Sequence record: MH051917
Length of the DNA: 64,000 nucleotides
Source: Enterobacteria phage vB_EcoM_IME341
Strand: one strand, 5' to 3'
Both the position numbers and the translations under genes were made by a program. Positions 8,970 through 17,247 of the stretch are shown here, one piece after another. The notes below the pieces were generated by a model. It worked only from the letters and a program-made list of their open reading frames with translations. It did not search any database and was not told the DNA's origin. Numbering within the stretch: the stretch's first letter is position 1; the number at the start of each line of letters is the position of its first letter.

Positions 8970-9180
8970 ATTGACAATTGAAGGCTCTGATGAAGCTCTG
9001 AAGATGTTTGTTGACTGGTTCCACGGACAGGGCGAACAAGGCTTTTTGGAATGTTGGGATGGCGGACGCTGGAATGGTAAAGAAACCGTTTATCCTAGCA
9101 CATATATCTCTGTTCGTGGTGGATATGACGGGATTCATTTAGTTGAATACGATATTGCATCTGATGAGGAAGTGAAATGA
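8962..9180 (+). CDS. hypothetical protein
   Basis: 72-aa ORF, overlap-coupled. Confidence 0.5.
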   Translation: MSKLTIEGSDEALKMFVDWFHGQGEQGFLECWDGGRWNGKETVYPSTYISVRGGYDGIHLVEYDIASDEEVK

Positions 9181-9455
9181 TTGAAGATATTAAGGGTTAC
9201 AAACCACATACCGACGACAAAATCAGTAAAGTGAACGCGATTAAAGATGCTGAAGTTCGATTAGGGTTAATCTTTAAAGCCTTGGAAGAAGAATATGTTG
9301 AAGCCTTTACATGCTCGGGTGTTGACAAAATGAGTGATGAAGAATTCAACCTCACCCATGAACGCCTAGCCCAGATTCGTACGGCAATCGAACGCTTGAA
9401 AGAAGCAAGCATGTGGGCGTGTCGTTCCGTTTTCCAGCCCGAGGAAAAATACTGA
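9177..9455 (+). CDS. hypothetical helical protein (T4 vs-region position)
   Basis: 92-aa ORF, ATGA overlap; position corresponds to T4 vs.3-vs.5 region. Confidence 0.5.
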   Translation: MIEDIKGYKPHTDDKISKVNAIKDAEVRLGLIFKALEEEYVEAFTCSGVDKMSDEEFNLTHERLAQIRTAIERLKEASMWACRSVFQPEEKY

Positions 9456-9664
9456 TGAAAATTGAAAGTTTACAAGATTTCCAGCGTATCATTGGTGAAG
9501 CCTGTACCGGCTACCACAAATACTTGCTTGACGACCAAATGGCTTGTCTCGAAGAAGGTGAAGTACAGTATGCAGCCCAACGCCTTGAACAAGTGAAAGA
9601 GTTTTATCCTGTATTGGTAGAAATTTGTTCAGCTGCTGGAAAACTTACCCCATTCCAAGAATAA
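9455..9664 (+). CDS. hypothetical protein
   Basis: in-frame ATG 9455 overlapping previous stop. Confidence 0.45.
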   Translation: MKIESLQDFQRIIGEACTGYHKYLLDDQMACLEEGEVQYAAQRLEQVKEFYPVLVEICSAAGKLTPFQE

Positions 9665-9668
9665 AGCA

Positions 9669-9698
9669 GTTTACATCTCCTGTAGACATGATACTATA
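9669..9698 (+). promoter_or_regulatory. early promoter upstream of regB
   Basis: GTTTACA -35, TG-n-TACTAT -10; spacer pairs with downstream SD. Confidence 0.6.
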
Positions 9699-9725
9699 AA
9701 CCTATCAACTACAGGAGATTACAAA

Positions 9726-10184
9726 ATGTCAGAAATTAATTCAGAAGTATTCATCCGCCGCAACAAATTACGTCGTCAGTTCGAAACCGAATTCCGTGAA
9801 CTGAATGCGTCCATCAAAAAAGCCGCCATTAAGAGCGGTGTCCCAGCCTTCTTTATTAAGTACTCTAATCACTTGTTGGACCGTGCTATCCAACGTGAAA
9901 TCGACGAAAAATACGTTTTTGCTTTATTCAAGCAACTCCATAACCATGTTAAAGAAATCCACGAATTCTTAATCCAGGAACCTCTGCCTGATGTAGAATC
10001 CGAAATTGTCCCTGGTAAAGTGTATCGTCCATTGCGTCTCGAAATTACCGATAAAACCTTATGGCTAGGTATGACAGTAGACCGTAAACATCCTGATAAA
10101 GGATATTCCCTTAAATGTCGTATGGCATTTGTTAACTCTAAACGTTTAGAAGGTAAAACCAGCACTAAAGTAATCTATCTTTAA
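9726..10184 (+). CDS. regB: RegB site-specific endoribonuclease
   Basis: 152 aa; EVFIRRNKLRR...HLLDRAIQREIDE matches T4 RegB. Confidence 0.85.
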   Translation: MSEINSEVFIRRNKLRRQFETEFRELNASIKKAAIKSGVPAFFIKYSNHLLDRAIQREIDEKYVFALFKQLHNHVKEIHEFLIQEPLPDVESEIVPGKVYRPLRLEITDKTLWLGMTVDRKHPDKGYSLKCRMAFVNSKRLEGKTSTKVIYL

Positions 10185-10196
10185 TAATGAGGTCTC

Positions 10197-10736
10197 ATGA
10201 AAAAAGTATTAGCCACTTTACTATTGACAGTTAGTATGTCTGCCCATAGCGTAGAGCCTACTTTCAGTAATGAACAACTCGATAATTTACATTACGCGTA
10301 TGCTTTCGGTGAACAATACCAAAAGTCGGGAAAGTTCAAAGAAAACCCTAATCAAAAAGGATTAGGATATATCATGGCCGGATTACTATGGCAGGAATCA
10401 TCCGCCGGAATTAATCAAGGTTTAAATAAAGATAAGCACCATGCTTATGGCATGTTCCAAAATTACTTGCCTACGTTAAGAAGTCGTGTTCAACAGGTAG
10501 GTTGGAAGATGTCAGACAAAGAAATAATTCGTATGGTCCAAAAACGACAGAACAGTGCCTCTTGGGCCTACATTGAGCTGTCTTATTGGATTGATGTTCA
10601 CAAAGGTGACCTGAGAAAAGCGATTGCTTCTTATAATGCGGGCTGGAACGTCAAAGCAGGCAGTAAGTATGCTTCTGAAGTTCTAGAAAAGGCCAATTAC
10701 CTAAAATCTAAAAAGATGTTTGAGGCGGTATATTAA
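10197..10736 (+). CDS. secreted lytic-transglycosylase-like protein
   Basis: signal peptide MKKVLATLLLTVSMSAHS; LLWQESSAG SLT-like motif; T4 vs.1 position. Confidence 0.55.
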   Translation: MKKVLATLLLTVSMSAHSVEPTFSNEQLDNLHYAYAFGEQYQKSGKFKENPNQKGLGYIMAGLLWQESSAGINQGLNKDKHHAYGMFQNYLPTLRSRVQQVGWKMSDKEIIRMVQKRQNSASWAYIELSYWIDVHKGDLRKAIASYNAGWNVKAGSKYASEVLEKANYLKSKKMFEAVY

Positions 10737-11093
10737 ATGATTAAGCAGATGACTATAGCGCTTATGTTGATCGCTCCGGGAGTATTAGCGTCACAAGTTG
10801 ATGATAGCAATAATTCAATTGTTGAGTATGCTACCCGCACAGCAAAAGATTATTGTCATCCAAGTAATACTGAATGCGTTATCGAATTCAGTTCAAAAAT
10901 CACAGCGGCTTTTAAAGATGGACAGAACGACGTAGAGCATCGCAGAATGAAAGAGAAAACTCTTTCTAAAAGGTACGAGCAACGTCTAAACGTTACTGAA
11001 TGTGTTCCATCTGATAAAAAGTACAAAGAAATGTGTGCGTCTATGGTAGACAGACTCGTTGACTCATACAACCGAGGATTAAACTCTAAATGA
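10737..11093 (+). CDS. secreted Cys-containing protein (T4 vs position)
   Basis: signal peptide; 118 aa; position of T4 vs. Confidence 0.45.
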   Translation: MIKQMTIALMLIAPGVLASQVDDSNNSIVEYATRTAKDYCHPSNTECVIEFSSKITAAFKDGQNDVEHRRMKEKTLSKRYEQRLNVTECVPSDKKYKEMCASMVDRLVDSYNRGLNSK

Positions 11094-11557
11094 TTATTGA
11101 TTATATTAAGGGCGATATAGTCGCCCTGTTTCTTCAAGGTAATAATGTTGCACACGGGTGCAATTGTTTCCATACAATGGGTTCAGGTGTAGCCGGACAA
11201 TTGGCTAAGGCTTATCCGCCTATTCTCGCTATCGATAAAACCACTTATTTAGGTGGGGTAGAAAAACTTGGCACGTTTACCCAAGCCACAGGTAATAATG
11301 GCCAAATTTGCTATAATCTTTATACGCAATACGAACCTGGCCCTAATCTTGATTATGGTGCTTTAGTAAACTGTATGATAGAATTAAACCGTACCGCAAA
11401 GGGTCTTTTGTTTAAACCCAGAATTTATATTCCTCGCATCGGTTGTGGTATTGCTGGTGGTGATTGGGACAAGGTTTATCAATTGATTAATTTGTTTACT
11501 CCTGATATTAATTTAGTGGTGGTAGATTATGAAAGCCCATTACCCACATCCGTTTGA
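11090..11557 (+). CDS. macro-domain protein (ADP-ribose binding/processing)
   Basis: GDIV...HGCNCF...MGSGVAGQ and ...IPRIGCGIAGGDW match macrodomain motifs. Confidence 0.6.
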   Translation: MIIDYIKGDIVALFLQGNNVAHGCNCFHTMGSGVAGQLAKAYPPILAIDKTTYLGGVEKLGTFTQATGNNGQICYNLYTQYEPGPNLDYGALVNCMIELNRTAKGLLFKPRIYIPRIGCGIAGGDWDKVYQLINLFTPDINLVVVDYESPLPTSV

Positions 11558-11741
11558 CCCTAAAAACAAAGCGGAAATTATTCGACGCTGGACCGAAACC
11601 CGAGTAACCAAATGTCCTATAAAAAGTCAACACAACACCGATAAATGGTATATCGGTGAATACGTTGAATATACTTTTATAGATAAAAATAAACGTAAAC
11701 ATCATGTAGAAGAATATTGCTTAAAGGTGCAATGGCTATGA
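11529..11741 (+). CDS. hypothetical protein
   Basis: 70-aa ORF overlapping end of macro gene. Confidence 0.4.
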   Translation: MKAHYPHPFDPKNKAEIIRRWTETRVTKCPIKSQHNTDKWYIGEYVEYTFIDKNKRKHHVEEYCLKVQWL

Positions 11742-11923
11742 GTCTGAGTAAAGAACAGAAAGATAAATTGTTTGAGCTTATCCATGAGCTTTTGGATGAG
11801 CATACAGAAGCAAACGCCTTTTATGATGAATACGGTCCAATAGATGCCGAACATCAGGAAGAATTTGCCAATCGATTTGATGAGAAAGAAAATGAATTAA
11901 TAGCTTATGTAAATAGTCTTTAA
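11732..11923 (+). CDS. hypothetical acidic protein
   Basis: in-frame ATG 11732; 63 aa. Confidence 0.45.
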   Translation: MAMSLSKEQKDKLFELIHELLDEHTEANAFYDEYGPIDAEHQEEFANRFDEKENELIAYVNSL

Positions 11924-11932
11924 GAAGGTAAT

Positions 11933-12505
11933 ATGGCCCAACTTTATTTTCACTACGCAGCAATGAATTCCGGGAAGACCGCTTCATTGCTAACAGCCGC
12001 TCATAACTACAAAGAACGTGGTATGGGCGTACTTCTTTTAAAGCCTGCGATAGACAATAGAGAATCAAGCCATAGCATTTCGTCTCGTATAGGGATTAGC
12101 CAAGAGGCTAATGCAGTGACTCCAGATATGGACCTATACGAGTTCTATCGTTGGGCTGAATCTCAAAAAGATATCCACTGCGTGTTTGTGGATGAAGCAC
12201 AGTTCTTAGAACCAATACAGATAAAACAACTGGCAAAGATAGTAGACAATTATAATGTTCCAGTTATGTGCTATGGGCTAAGAACTGATTTTCAGGGTAA
12301 ACTGTTTCCTGGTTCTGCTGAATTACTCGCTACAGCAGATAAACTCGTTGAGTACAAAGGTGTGTGCCATTGTGGACGTAAAGCTACTATGACGGCTCGT
12401 ATCCAAGATGGTATCGCAATTAAGGACGGTGACCAAGTTTCTATAGGTGGCAACGATTCTTACGTGTCATTGTGCAGGAAGCACTGGATAGAAATAACGA
12501 GTTGA
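11933..12505 (+). CDS. tk: thymidine kinase
   Basis: MAQLYFHYAAMNSGKT P-loop start and C-terminal Cys cluster typical of Tk. Confidence 0.9.
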   Translation: MAQLYFHYAAMNSGKTASLLTAAHNYKERGMGVLLLKPAIDNRESSHSISSRIGISQEANAVTPDMDLYEFYRWAESQKDIHCVFVDEAQFLEPIQIKQLAKIVDNYNVPVMCYGLRTDFQGKLFPGSAELLATADKLVEYKGVCHCGRKATMTARIQDGIAIKDGDQVSIGGNDSYVSLCRKHWIEITS

Positions 12506-12512
12506 GGGTACT

Positions 12513-12791
12513 ATGGACCTAAATTCAAAGATTTTAATTCTAGCGTTCGCTGTGGCTATTTCTTATATTGTTCTTTCGCCTATCATGGATGATGTGGCTT
12601 ACAAAAGAGAGATAGAGGTTGTAGCAGCGACGTATAATGCTAATAATAAAGAATGCCCTAATAAAAATGGGATGGATTTAATTAAAGCGCATTATATGCT
12701 TTCCATTACCTCGCCTATACAGAGGAATTGGGTTGAATATAATTTTAACGACGTGTTCTATTCTTATTGTCGTAAGCTTAAAAAGCTATAA
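12513..12791 (+). CDS. hypothetical membrane protein
   Basis: 92 aa with N-terminal hydrophobic helix; T4 rI.1 position. Confidence 0.5.
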   Translation: MDLNSKILILAFAVAISYIVLSPIMDDVAYKREIEVVAATYNANNKECPNKNGMDLIKAHYMLSITSPIQRNWVEYNFNDVFYSYCRKLKKL

Positions 12792-12794
12792 ATA
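12787..12794 (+). promoter_or_regulatory. putative late promoter upstream of rI
   Basis: exact TATAAATA, about 90 nt upstream of rI ATG. Confidence 0.35.
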
Positions 12795-12883
12795 ATAATA
12801 CTAACCGTAGAGCTTTAGCTTTTGGTAATCGCTATCGGTTAAGGCCGAAAGGCAAATAGTATAAAACAACAAAGGACATTTGT

Positions 12884-13177
12884 ATGGATATTTTCCGTAC
12901 AGCGGCTTGTATCCTTATGGCGGGATGTTTAGGCCCTTCAGTTTCACTAGCAAATGATACCAATGATAAATTGATGGACGCGTTTGCTAGTAGTGCGATG
13001 CCTGTTTATGCGCAAATGAGTAGACCCAGCGTAAAAGCCTCCGAAGATTATTGGGCCTATGTTACGGCTTCCTGGAAGAATTCAAGTTGTCGGACTATAG
13101 AAGCGTGCTCAATTGAAGGTCGTGCCATCGGAGAGCGTTATGCAAAACTAATGAAGGTAGAAGATGAAATTCAATGA
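12884..13177 (+). CDS. rI: lysis-inhibition regulator rI
   Basis: 97 aa, N-terminal signal anchor; C-terminal CSIEGRAIGERYAKLM resembles T4 RI. Confidence 0.7.
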   Translation: MDIFRTAACILMAGCLGPSVSLANDTNDKLMDAFASSAMPVYAQMSRPSVKASEDYWAYVTASWKNSSCRTIEACSIEGRAIGERYAKLMKVEDEIQ

Positions 13178-13547
13178 TTTCGTACCCGGTCGAGGGTCTG
13201 AAGTGGATTCTTATATTGGTTGGCTACTGGTTTCTTTAGCCTATTTTAAGTCAGCCCATTTAGAAACCAAAAGCTATGCAAGACACAAAGCGTATGACTT
13301 CTATTATGTAGAAGTTCAAGGACCTCTGGACCAATTTAGTGAGCAATATCTTGGATTCAGTGGCAAAGAATATAAAGCATCATTACCGTCTGCTTCAGAC
13401 TTGCCTAAGGACCCTGTAGATTTCCTTGATGAGCTTCTTAAAGCAACTGATAAAATCTATGGCACTCTTCCTAAGGCCATCCAGTCGACTTTGGACGATA
13501 TCACTGGCGTCTTTTACCAGACTAAGTATTTGCTGACGTTAGAATAA
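13164..13547 (+). CDS. hypothetical protein
   Basis: 127-aa ORF overlapping rI stop; followed by intrinsic terminator. Confidence 0.5.
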   Translation: MKFNDFVPGRGSEVDSYIGWLLVSLAYFKSAHLETKSYARHKAYDFYYVEVQGPLDQFSEQYLGFSGKEYKASLPSASDLPKDPVDFLDELLKATDKIYGTLPKAIQSTLDDITGVFYQTKYLLTLE

Positions 13548-13552
13548 TCAAA

Positions 13553-13578
13553 GGTCTCACTTCGGTGGGACCTTTTTT
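13553..13578 (+). terminator. intrinsic terminator
   Basis: GGTCTCAC-TTCG-GTGGGACC hairpin plus T6. Confidence 0.7.
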
Positions 13579-13587
13579 CGTTTAGGT

Positions 13588-13617
13588 GTTTACATCCTCT
13601 AGGAACATGATACTATA
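13588..13617 (+). promoter_or_regulatory. early promoter
   Basis: GTTTACA -35, TG-n-TACTAT -10, conserved GACCTATCAA downstream. Confidence 0.6.
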
Positions 13618-13644
13618 GACCTATCAACTAATGAGGAAAACAGT

Positions 13645-13881
13645 ATGAAACTTACAAGTACTACGGTTTCATTAGAATATGAAATCAACGGTCGTATCCT
13701 TGAGATTAAGATATTCGACGACCGAAGTATCTTTGCCGATTATCGAGGATACAGAATTCGTCTGGAAAAGGACGAGCTCAAGGAACCGTGGCTCCTTAAA
13801 GACACATTAAAGGGTTGTGGGTGTAAACTGAAAACCACCCAAGCCCAAGAATTAATTTCTACTATCAACAAATACTGGTGA
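13645..13881 (+). CDS. hypothetical protein
   Basis: first ORF after early promoter cassette at 13588. Confidence 0.5.
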   Translation: MKLTSTTVSLEYEINGRILEIKIFDDRSIFADYRGYRIRLEKDELKEPWLLKDTLKGCGCKLKTTQAQELISTINKYW

Positions 13882-13885
13882 TATT

Positions 13886-14068
13886 ATGTTAACTACTGAA
13901 CAGTGTGCAAAAATTCTTAAATTGGCTATTGAAATTGAAAGAGATTCTAACGACCTTGCGGTTGAGATGTGTGAAGGTTATTCATATTCCGGAATAGAAC
14001 GGTGTAAACGAGATTTGGCTAAATCAAAACAGGCTTTGGTTGATTATTTAGAAGAATTGAAAGCATAA
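13886..14068 (+). CDS. hypothetical protein
   Basis: 60-aa ORF. Confidence 0.45.
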   Translation: MLTTEQCAKILKLAIEIERDSNDLAVEMCEGYSYSGIERCKRDLAKSKQALVDYLEELKA

Positions 14069-14092
14069 TGGCTGGTGGCATAGGAGCATGAT

Positions 14093-14188
14093 ATGATTTA
14101 CTATCTTGAACCTTGGGCTTGGCTAACAATGGCTGTAGGGCCTGTTTTAATTGGTTTATTCTTTTCATGGTTAGCGAGGAAACTGTAA
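14093..14188 (+). CDS. micro-ORF, hydrophobic peptide
   Basis: 31 codons, SD AGGAG upstream, TAATG overlap with next gene; not in ORF track. Confidence 0.3.
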   Translation: MIYYLEPWAWLTMAVGPVLIGLFFSWLARKL

Positions 14189-14385
14189 TGTTATACGATC
14201 CGAGTGGTTGTTCTGAAGATGGTATTATTGTTCTTTTGGCAGATGTTGAAGAATCTGACGATGATATCTTTGTTAAAGATTGGGAAGAAAAAGGTGGAAT
14301 TACGCTCCAACAAGAAAATGATATGATTTGTCTGAACGCAAGCCAAGTCGAAGAGCTTTATAGTATTTTAAAACACAACCGGTGA
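14188..14385 (+). CDS. hypothetical acidic protein
   Basis: in-frame ATG 14188. Confidence 0.45.
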   Translation: MLYDPSGCSEDGIIVLLADVEESDDDIFVKDWEEKGGITLQQENDMICLNASQVEELYSILKHNR

Positions 14386-14388
14386 TTT

Positions 14389-14571
14389 ATGAAAACCGAA
14401 GAAAAGCACTTAAAGCTTGAAGAGCTTATCGAGATATATTCTGGAGCAGTGGCCAGATTTGAAACTGCGTTTTGCAACGATTACCCAGCTAGTGAATGCA
14501 GCAGGCTTTCTAAAGAAGAAGATGAAGCTCTTAAAGAGTTGTTAAATTTTATTAAACAAAATGTGAAATGA
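14389..14571 (+). CDS. hypothetical protein
   Basis: 60-aa ORF. Confidence 0.45.
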   Translation: MKTEEKHLKLEELIEIYSGAVARFETAFCNDYPASECSRLSKEEDEALKELLNFIKQNVK

Positions 14572-14581
14572 GGAACGGAAA

Positions 14582-15142
14582 ATGATTATTGAAACATCTG
14601 GGTTGTTTGGTGACCTGACCGCTGAAGTAGTTGATAATGCAATTGTGCTTTCACAAGAAGACGATAAAATCGTACTGACTATCCAAGATATCAAACCACT
14701 TTACGATTTAAAGGTTTTGGACAAACACCAATATCTTAATGGTAGTTTTAGAGGTGTATTTAATATTAACGATGATATGTGGGCCCAGATTTATAACCAT
14801 GACAACGGGTTTAATTTGGAAACGGATAGGGAATGTCTAAGCATTAGTGATTCTGCTAATTTCTTTAAATGTATTTTTAAACTGTTCCAGGAAGAATGTA
14901 AGCCAGAAGTCGAATGGAAAGTCCCTGGCCAAGATGCGGTGATTCGTTCTAGTGAAACCTTTGAGGGTGACGAAGAAGAACTGGATTATGACACCGAATT
15001 GTCCGTGTATCAACACCAGGGTCGTGATTTGCTATCCTTGACCCAAAGACATGACGGTGAAAATGAAGTGGTATTTACTAAGGACGAGCTCAAGGCTTTA
15101 GTCTCTTATCTGAACTCTGTTATCCCAACTATGAACTCTTAA
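14582..15142 (+). CDS. hypothetical protein
   Basis: 186-aa ORF, SD GAGGAACGGAAA upstream. Confidence 0.55.
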   Translation: MIIETSGLFGDLTAEVVDNAIVLSQEDDKIVLTIQDIKPLYDLKVLDKHQYLNGSFRGVFNINDDMWAQIYNHDNGFNLETDRECLSISDSANFFKCIFKLFQEECKPEVEWKVPGQDAVIRSSETFEGDEEELDYDTELSVYQHQGRDLLSLTQRHDGENEVVFTKDELKALVSYLNSVIPTMNS

Positions 15143-15151
15143 GGAAATATT

Positions 15152-15604
15152 ATGATTATCAATACAAACTCTTGGCACGTTAAATTACACGACCGTTTTT
15201 ATGACCGTCATTCTCGACCGCACTCTTTATGTGCTTACTTCTGGAAAATGGTTTGGGCCTGTTTTGCTTGTGCTGTTGTTGCAGGTAGTACGCTTTTTGG
15301 ATTAACTGTTGCAGGCGCTGGTGTATTAGAGCATTTCTTTGTATTAAGTACCCCTGTTCTGTTGAGTCTAGGGTTTGTTTTAGGGTTGATTACGATAGCT
15401 CTTATTATTGCGCTATCCATTGGTTTGGCATTCGGTGCGATGAATTTACACGCATGGTATGATGCCCGTAGAGAAGAAAAGGAATGGCAACGTATTCAAG
15501 CTGAGCGTGAAGGCCGAGAAACTAAAGAAAACGTTGTCATCCAATATATTAAAGCTCGTAAATCTAAGGTCTGCCCTGTAATCCACTTCGAGAACAAAGA
15601 ATGA
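15152..15604 (+). CDS. hypothetical membrane protein
   Basis: 150 aa with multiple TM helices. Confidence 0.5.
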   Translation: MIINTNSWHVKLHDRFYDRHSRPHSLCAYFWKMVWACFACAVVAGSTLFGLTVAGAGVLEHFFVLSTPVLLSLGFVLGLITIALIIALSIGLAFGAMNLHAWYDARREEKEWQRIQAEREGRETKENVVIQYIKARKSKVCPVIHFENKE

Positions 15605-16611
15605 GAACAGTTATGAAAGGCTACTTCGGTAGCCACCTTTATGGAACAAGTACTCCGGAATCTGATGTCGATTTTAAAGAAATCTTTGTTCCACATCCGC
15701 GTGATATTCTGTTAGGTACGGCTATGAACCATACCAACCTGAATACGAATAACACCGCTTCCAAAAACACTAAAGATGATGTTGACCACGAGCTTTATAG
15801 CCTGAAATATTTCTTTAAACTAGCGGCTGAAGGCGAAACCGTTGCTCTGGACATGATTCATACTCCACCTGAACTGGTGGTTAAATCTGATTTACCTGAT
15901 GTATGGAAATTTATCCAGGATAACCGTTCACGGTTCTATACAACCAACATGAAAGCCTATTTAGGGTACGTCCGTAAGCAAGCTTCTAAATATGGTGTTA
16001 AAGGTTCTCGTCTGGCTGCTCTGCGTGGTGTACTGGCTATTGTTAACCAGATTCCTGAACAGTGGGTCGATTATCAAGAAGATGGTTCGACTAAGCAACG
16101 TCGCTCTAAGGTGGAAGATATCAAACATCGGCTCCCTGAAAACGAATTCTGTGAATGGGTATTCCATAACCATGAGAAAACAGGTCCTCAAACGTTTTAT
16201 ACTGTTCTCGGACGTAAATACCAAACCACTCTGTCATTAATCGAGCTCAAGCAATCTCTGAATAAGCTCGATGCGGAATATGGTGAACGTGCTCGTAAGG
16301 CTGAAGCCAATGAAGGTATTGACTGGAAAGCTCTGAGCCATGCTTATCGTGCTGGTTATCAGTTGAAGGAAATCTATCAAACAGGTGACCTGGTTTATCC
16401 GCTTAAAAATGCTTCTATTATTAAAGCAATAAAAGCAGGTGATATGCCTTTTAAAGTGGTCCAAGGGCTGTTGGAAAATATTGTTGATGAAGTCGAAGTC
16501 CTGGCTATCCAGGCTCATAAGAACGGTATGCCTGAGAAGGTAGATATGAAGTTCTGGGACAAGTTCGTTGAAGAGGTGTACCTTGACAACCACAACGCTT
16601 ATTACCGCTAA
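15601..16611 (+). CDS. pol-beta-superfamily nucleotidyltransferase-like protein
   Basis: N-terminal GSHLYGTSTPESDVDF fits G-S-x(9-13)-D-x-D NTase motif; 336 aa. Confidence 0.6.
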   Translation: MRTVMKGYFGSHLYGTSTPESDVDFKEIFVPHPRDILLGTAMNHTNLNTNNTASKNTKDDVDHELYSLKYFFKLAAEGETVALDMIHTPPELVVKSDLPDVWKFIQDNRSRFYTTNMKAYLGYVRKQASKYGVKGSRLAALRGVLAIVNQIPEQWVDYQEDGSTKQRRSKVEDIKHRLPENEFCEWVFHNHEKTGPQTFYTVLGRKYQTTLSLIELKQSLNKLDAEYGERARKAEANEGIDWKALSHAYRAGYQLKEIYQTGDLVYPLKNASIIKAIKAGDMPFKVVQGLLENIVDEVEVLAIQAHKNGMPEKVDMKFWDKFVEEVYLDNHNAYYR

Positions 16612-16806
16612 AGAAGAAATTAACGTCTTTCTATCGTATGGAAGACCTCATAAAACTCGACGTTGGTATCTTGAAGCCGTCTGTAAAGAAACCGGACGTC
16701 GAGTCAATATCAAGTACGCATGCAAACCTACGCCTAAACAGACAAGACGATTTGTTAACTGGGCTATAAATGATATCCGCTTCTATAATTTTTGGAGCGC
16801 AATTTA

Positions 16807-16828
16807 GGAACCTTCGGGTTCCTTTTTT
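16807..16828 (+). terminator. intrinsic terminator
   Basis: GGAACC-TTCG-GGTTCC hairpin plus T6. Confidence 0.7.
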
Positions 16829-16847
16829 GGGTTTAGTGCAAAAAGGT

Positions 16848-16877
16848 GTTTACAACCTCGTAGAGCATGATACTATA
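16848..16877 (+). promoter_or_regulatory. early promoter
   Basis: GTTTACA -35, TG-n-TACTAT -10, conserved GACCTATCAA downstream. Confidence 0.6.
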
Positions 16878-16924
16878 GACCTATCAAATAAATGAACTGA
16901 AACAACTTAAAACGGAGATACAAA

Positions 16925-17179
16925 ATGAATATTAAAGCACCTTTCGCCGGTAATGTTATTCGTGAAGATTCAATCGAAATCAACGGTGTGGTAGTTAAAG
17001 CGGTTTTAACTGATATCAAAACCCTGGTTAAAGTTGATTACTTAACCTTTAATTTCGAAAACATTGAAGGTTATATTAATTTCCCACCAAGCATTAAAAT
17101 GCATGTACGCCATGAAACTTGGTCTAAAGCAGATCAGCAAAAAGCAGTAGATTTTATTATTGAGTTCTTCTCAAAATAA
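16925..17179 (+). CDS. hypothetical protein
   Basis: 84-aa ORF downstream of early promoter cassette. Confidence 0.5.
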   Translation: MNIKAPFAGNVIREDSIEINGVVVKAVLTDIKTLVKVDYLTFNFENIEGYINFPPSIKMHVRHETWSKADQQKAVDFIIEFFSK

Positions 17180-17182
17180 GTG

Positions 17183-17210
17183 TGTACATATGCTTTAAAC
17201 GTGTTATTAT
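17183..17210 (+). promoter_or_regulatory. putative promoter upstream of AAA+ ATPase gene
   Basis: TGTACA -35-like and TATTAT -10; TGCTTTA MotA-box-like motif overlaps. Confidence 0.4.
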
Positions 17211-17247
17211 AGACCTATCAAATCTACTGAGTGAAATGGAGAATATA

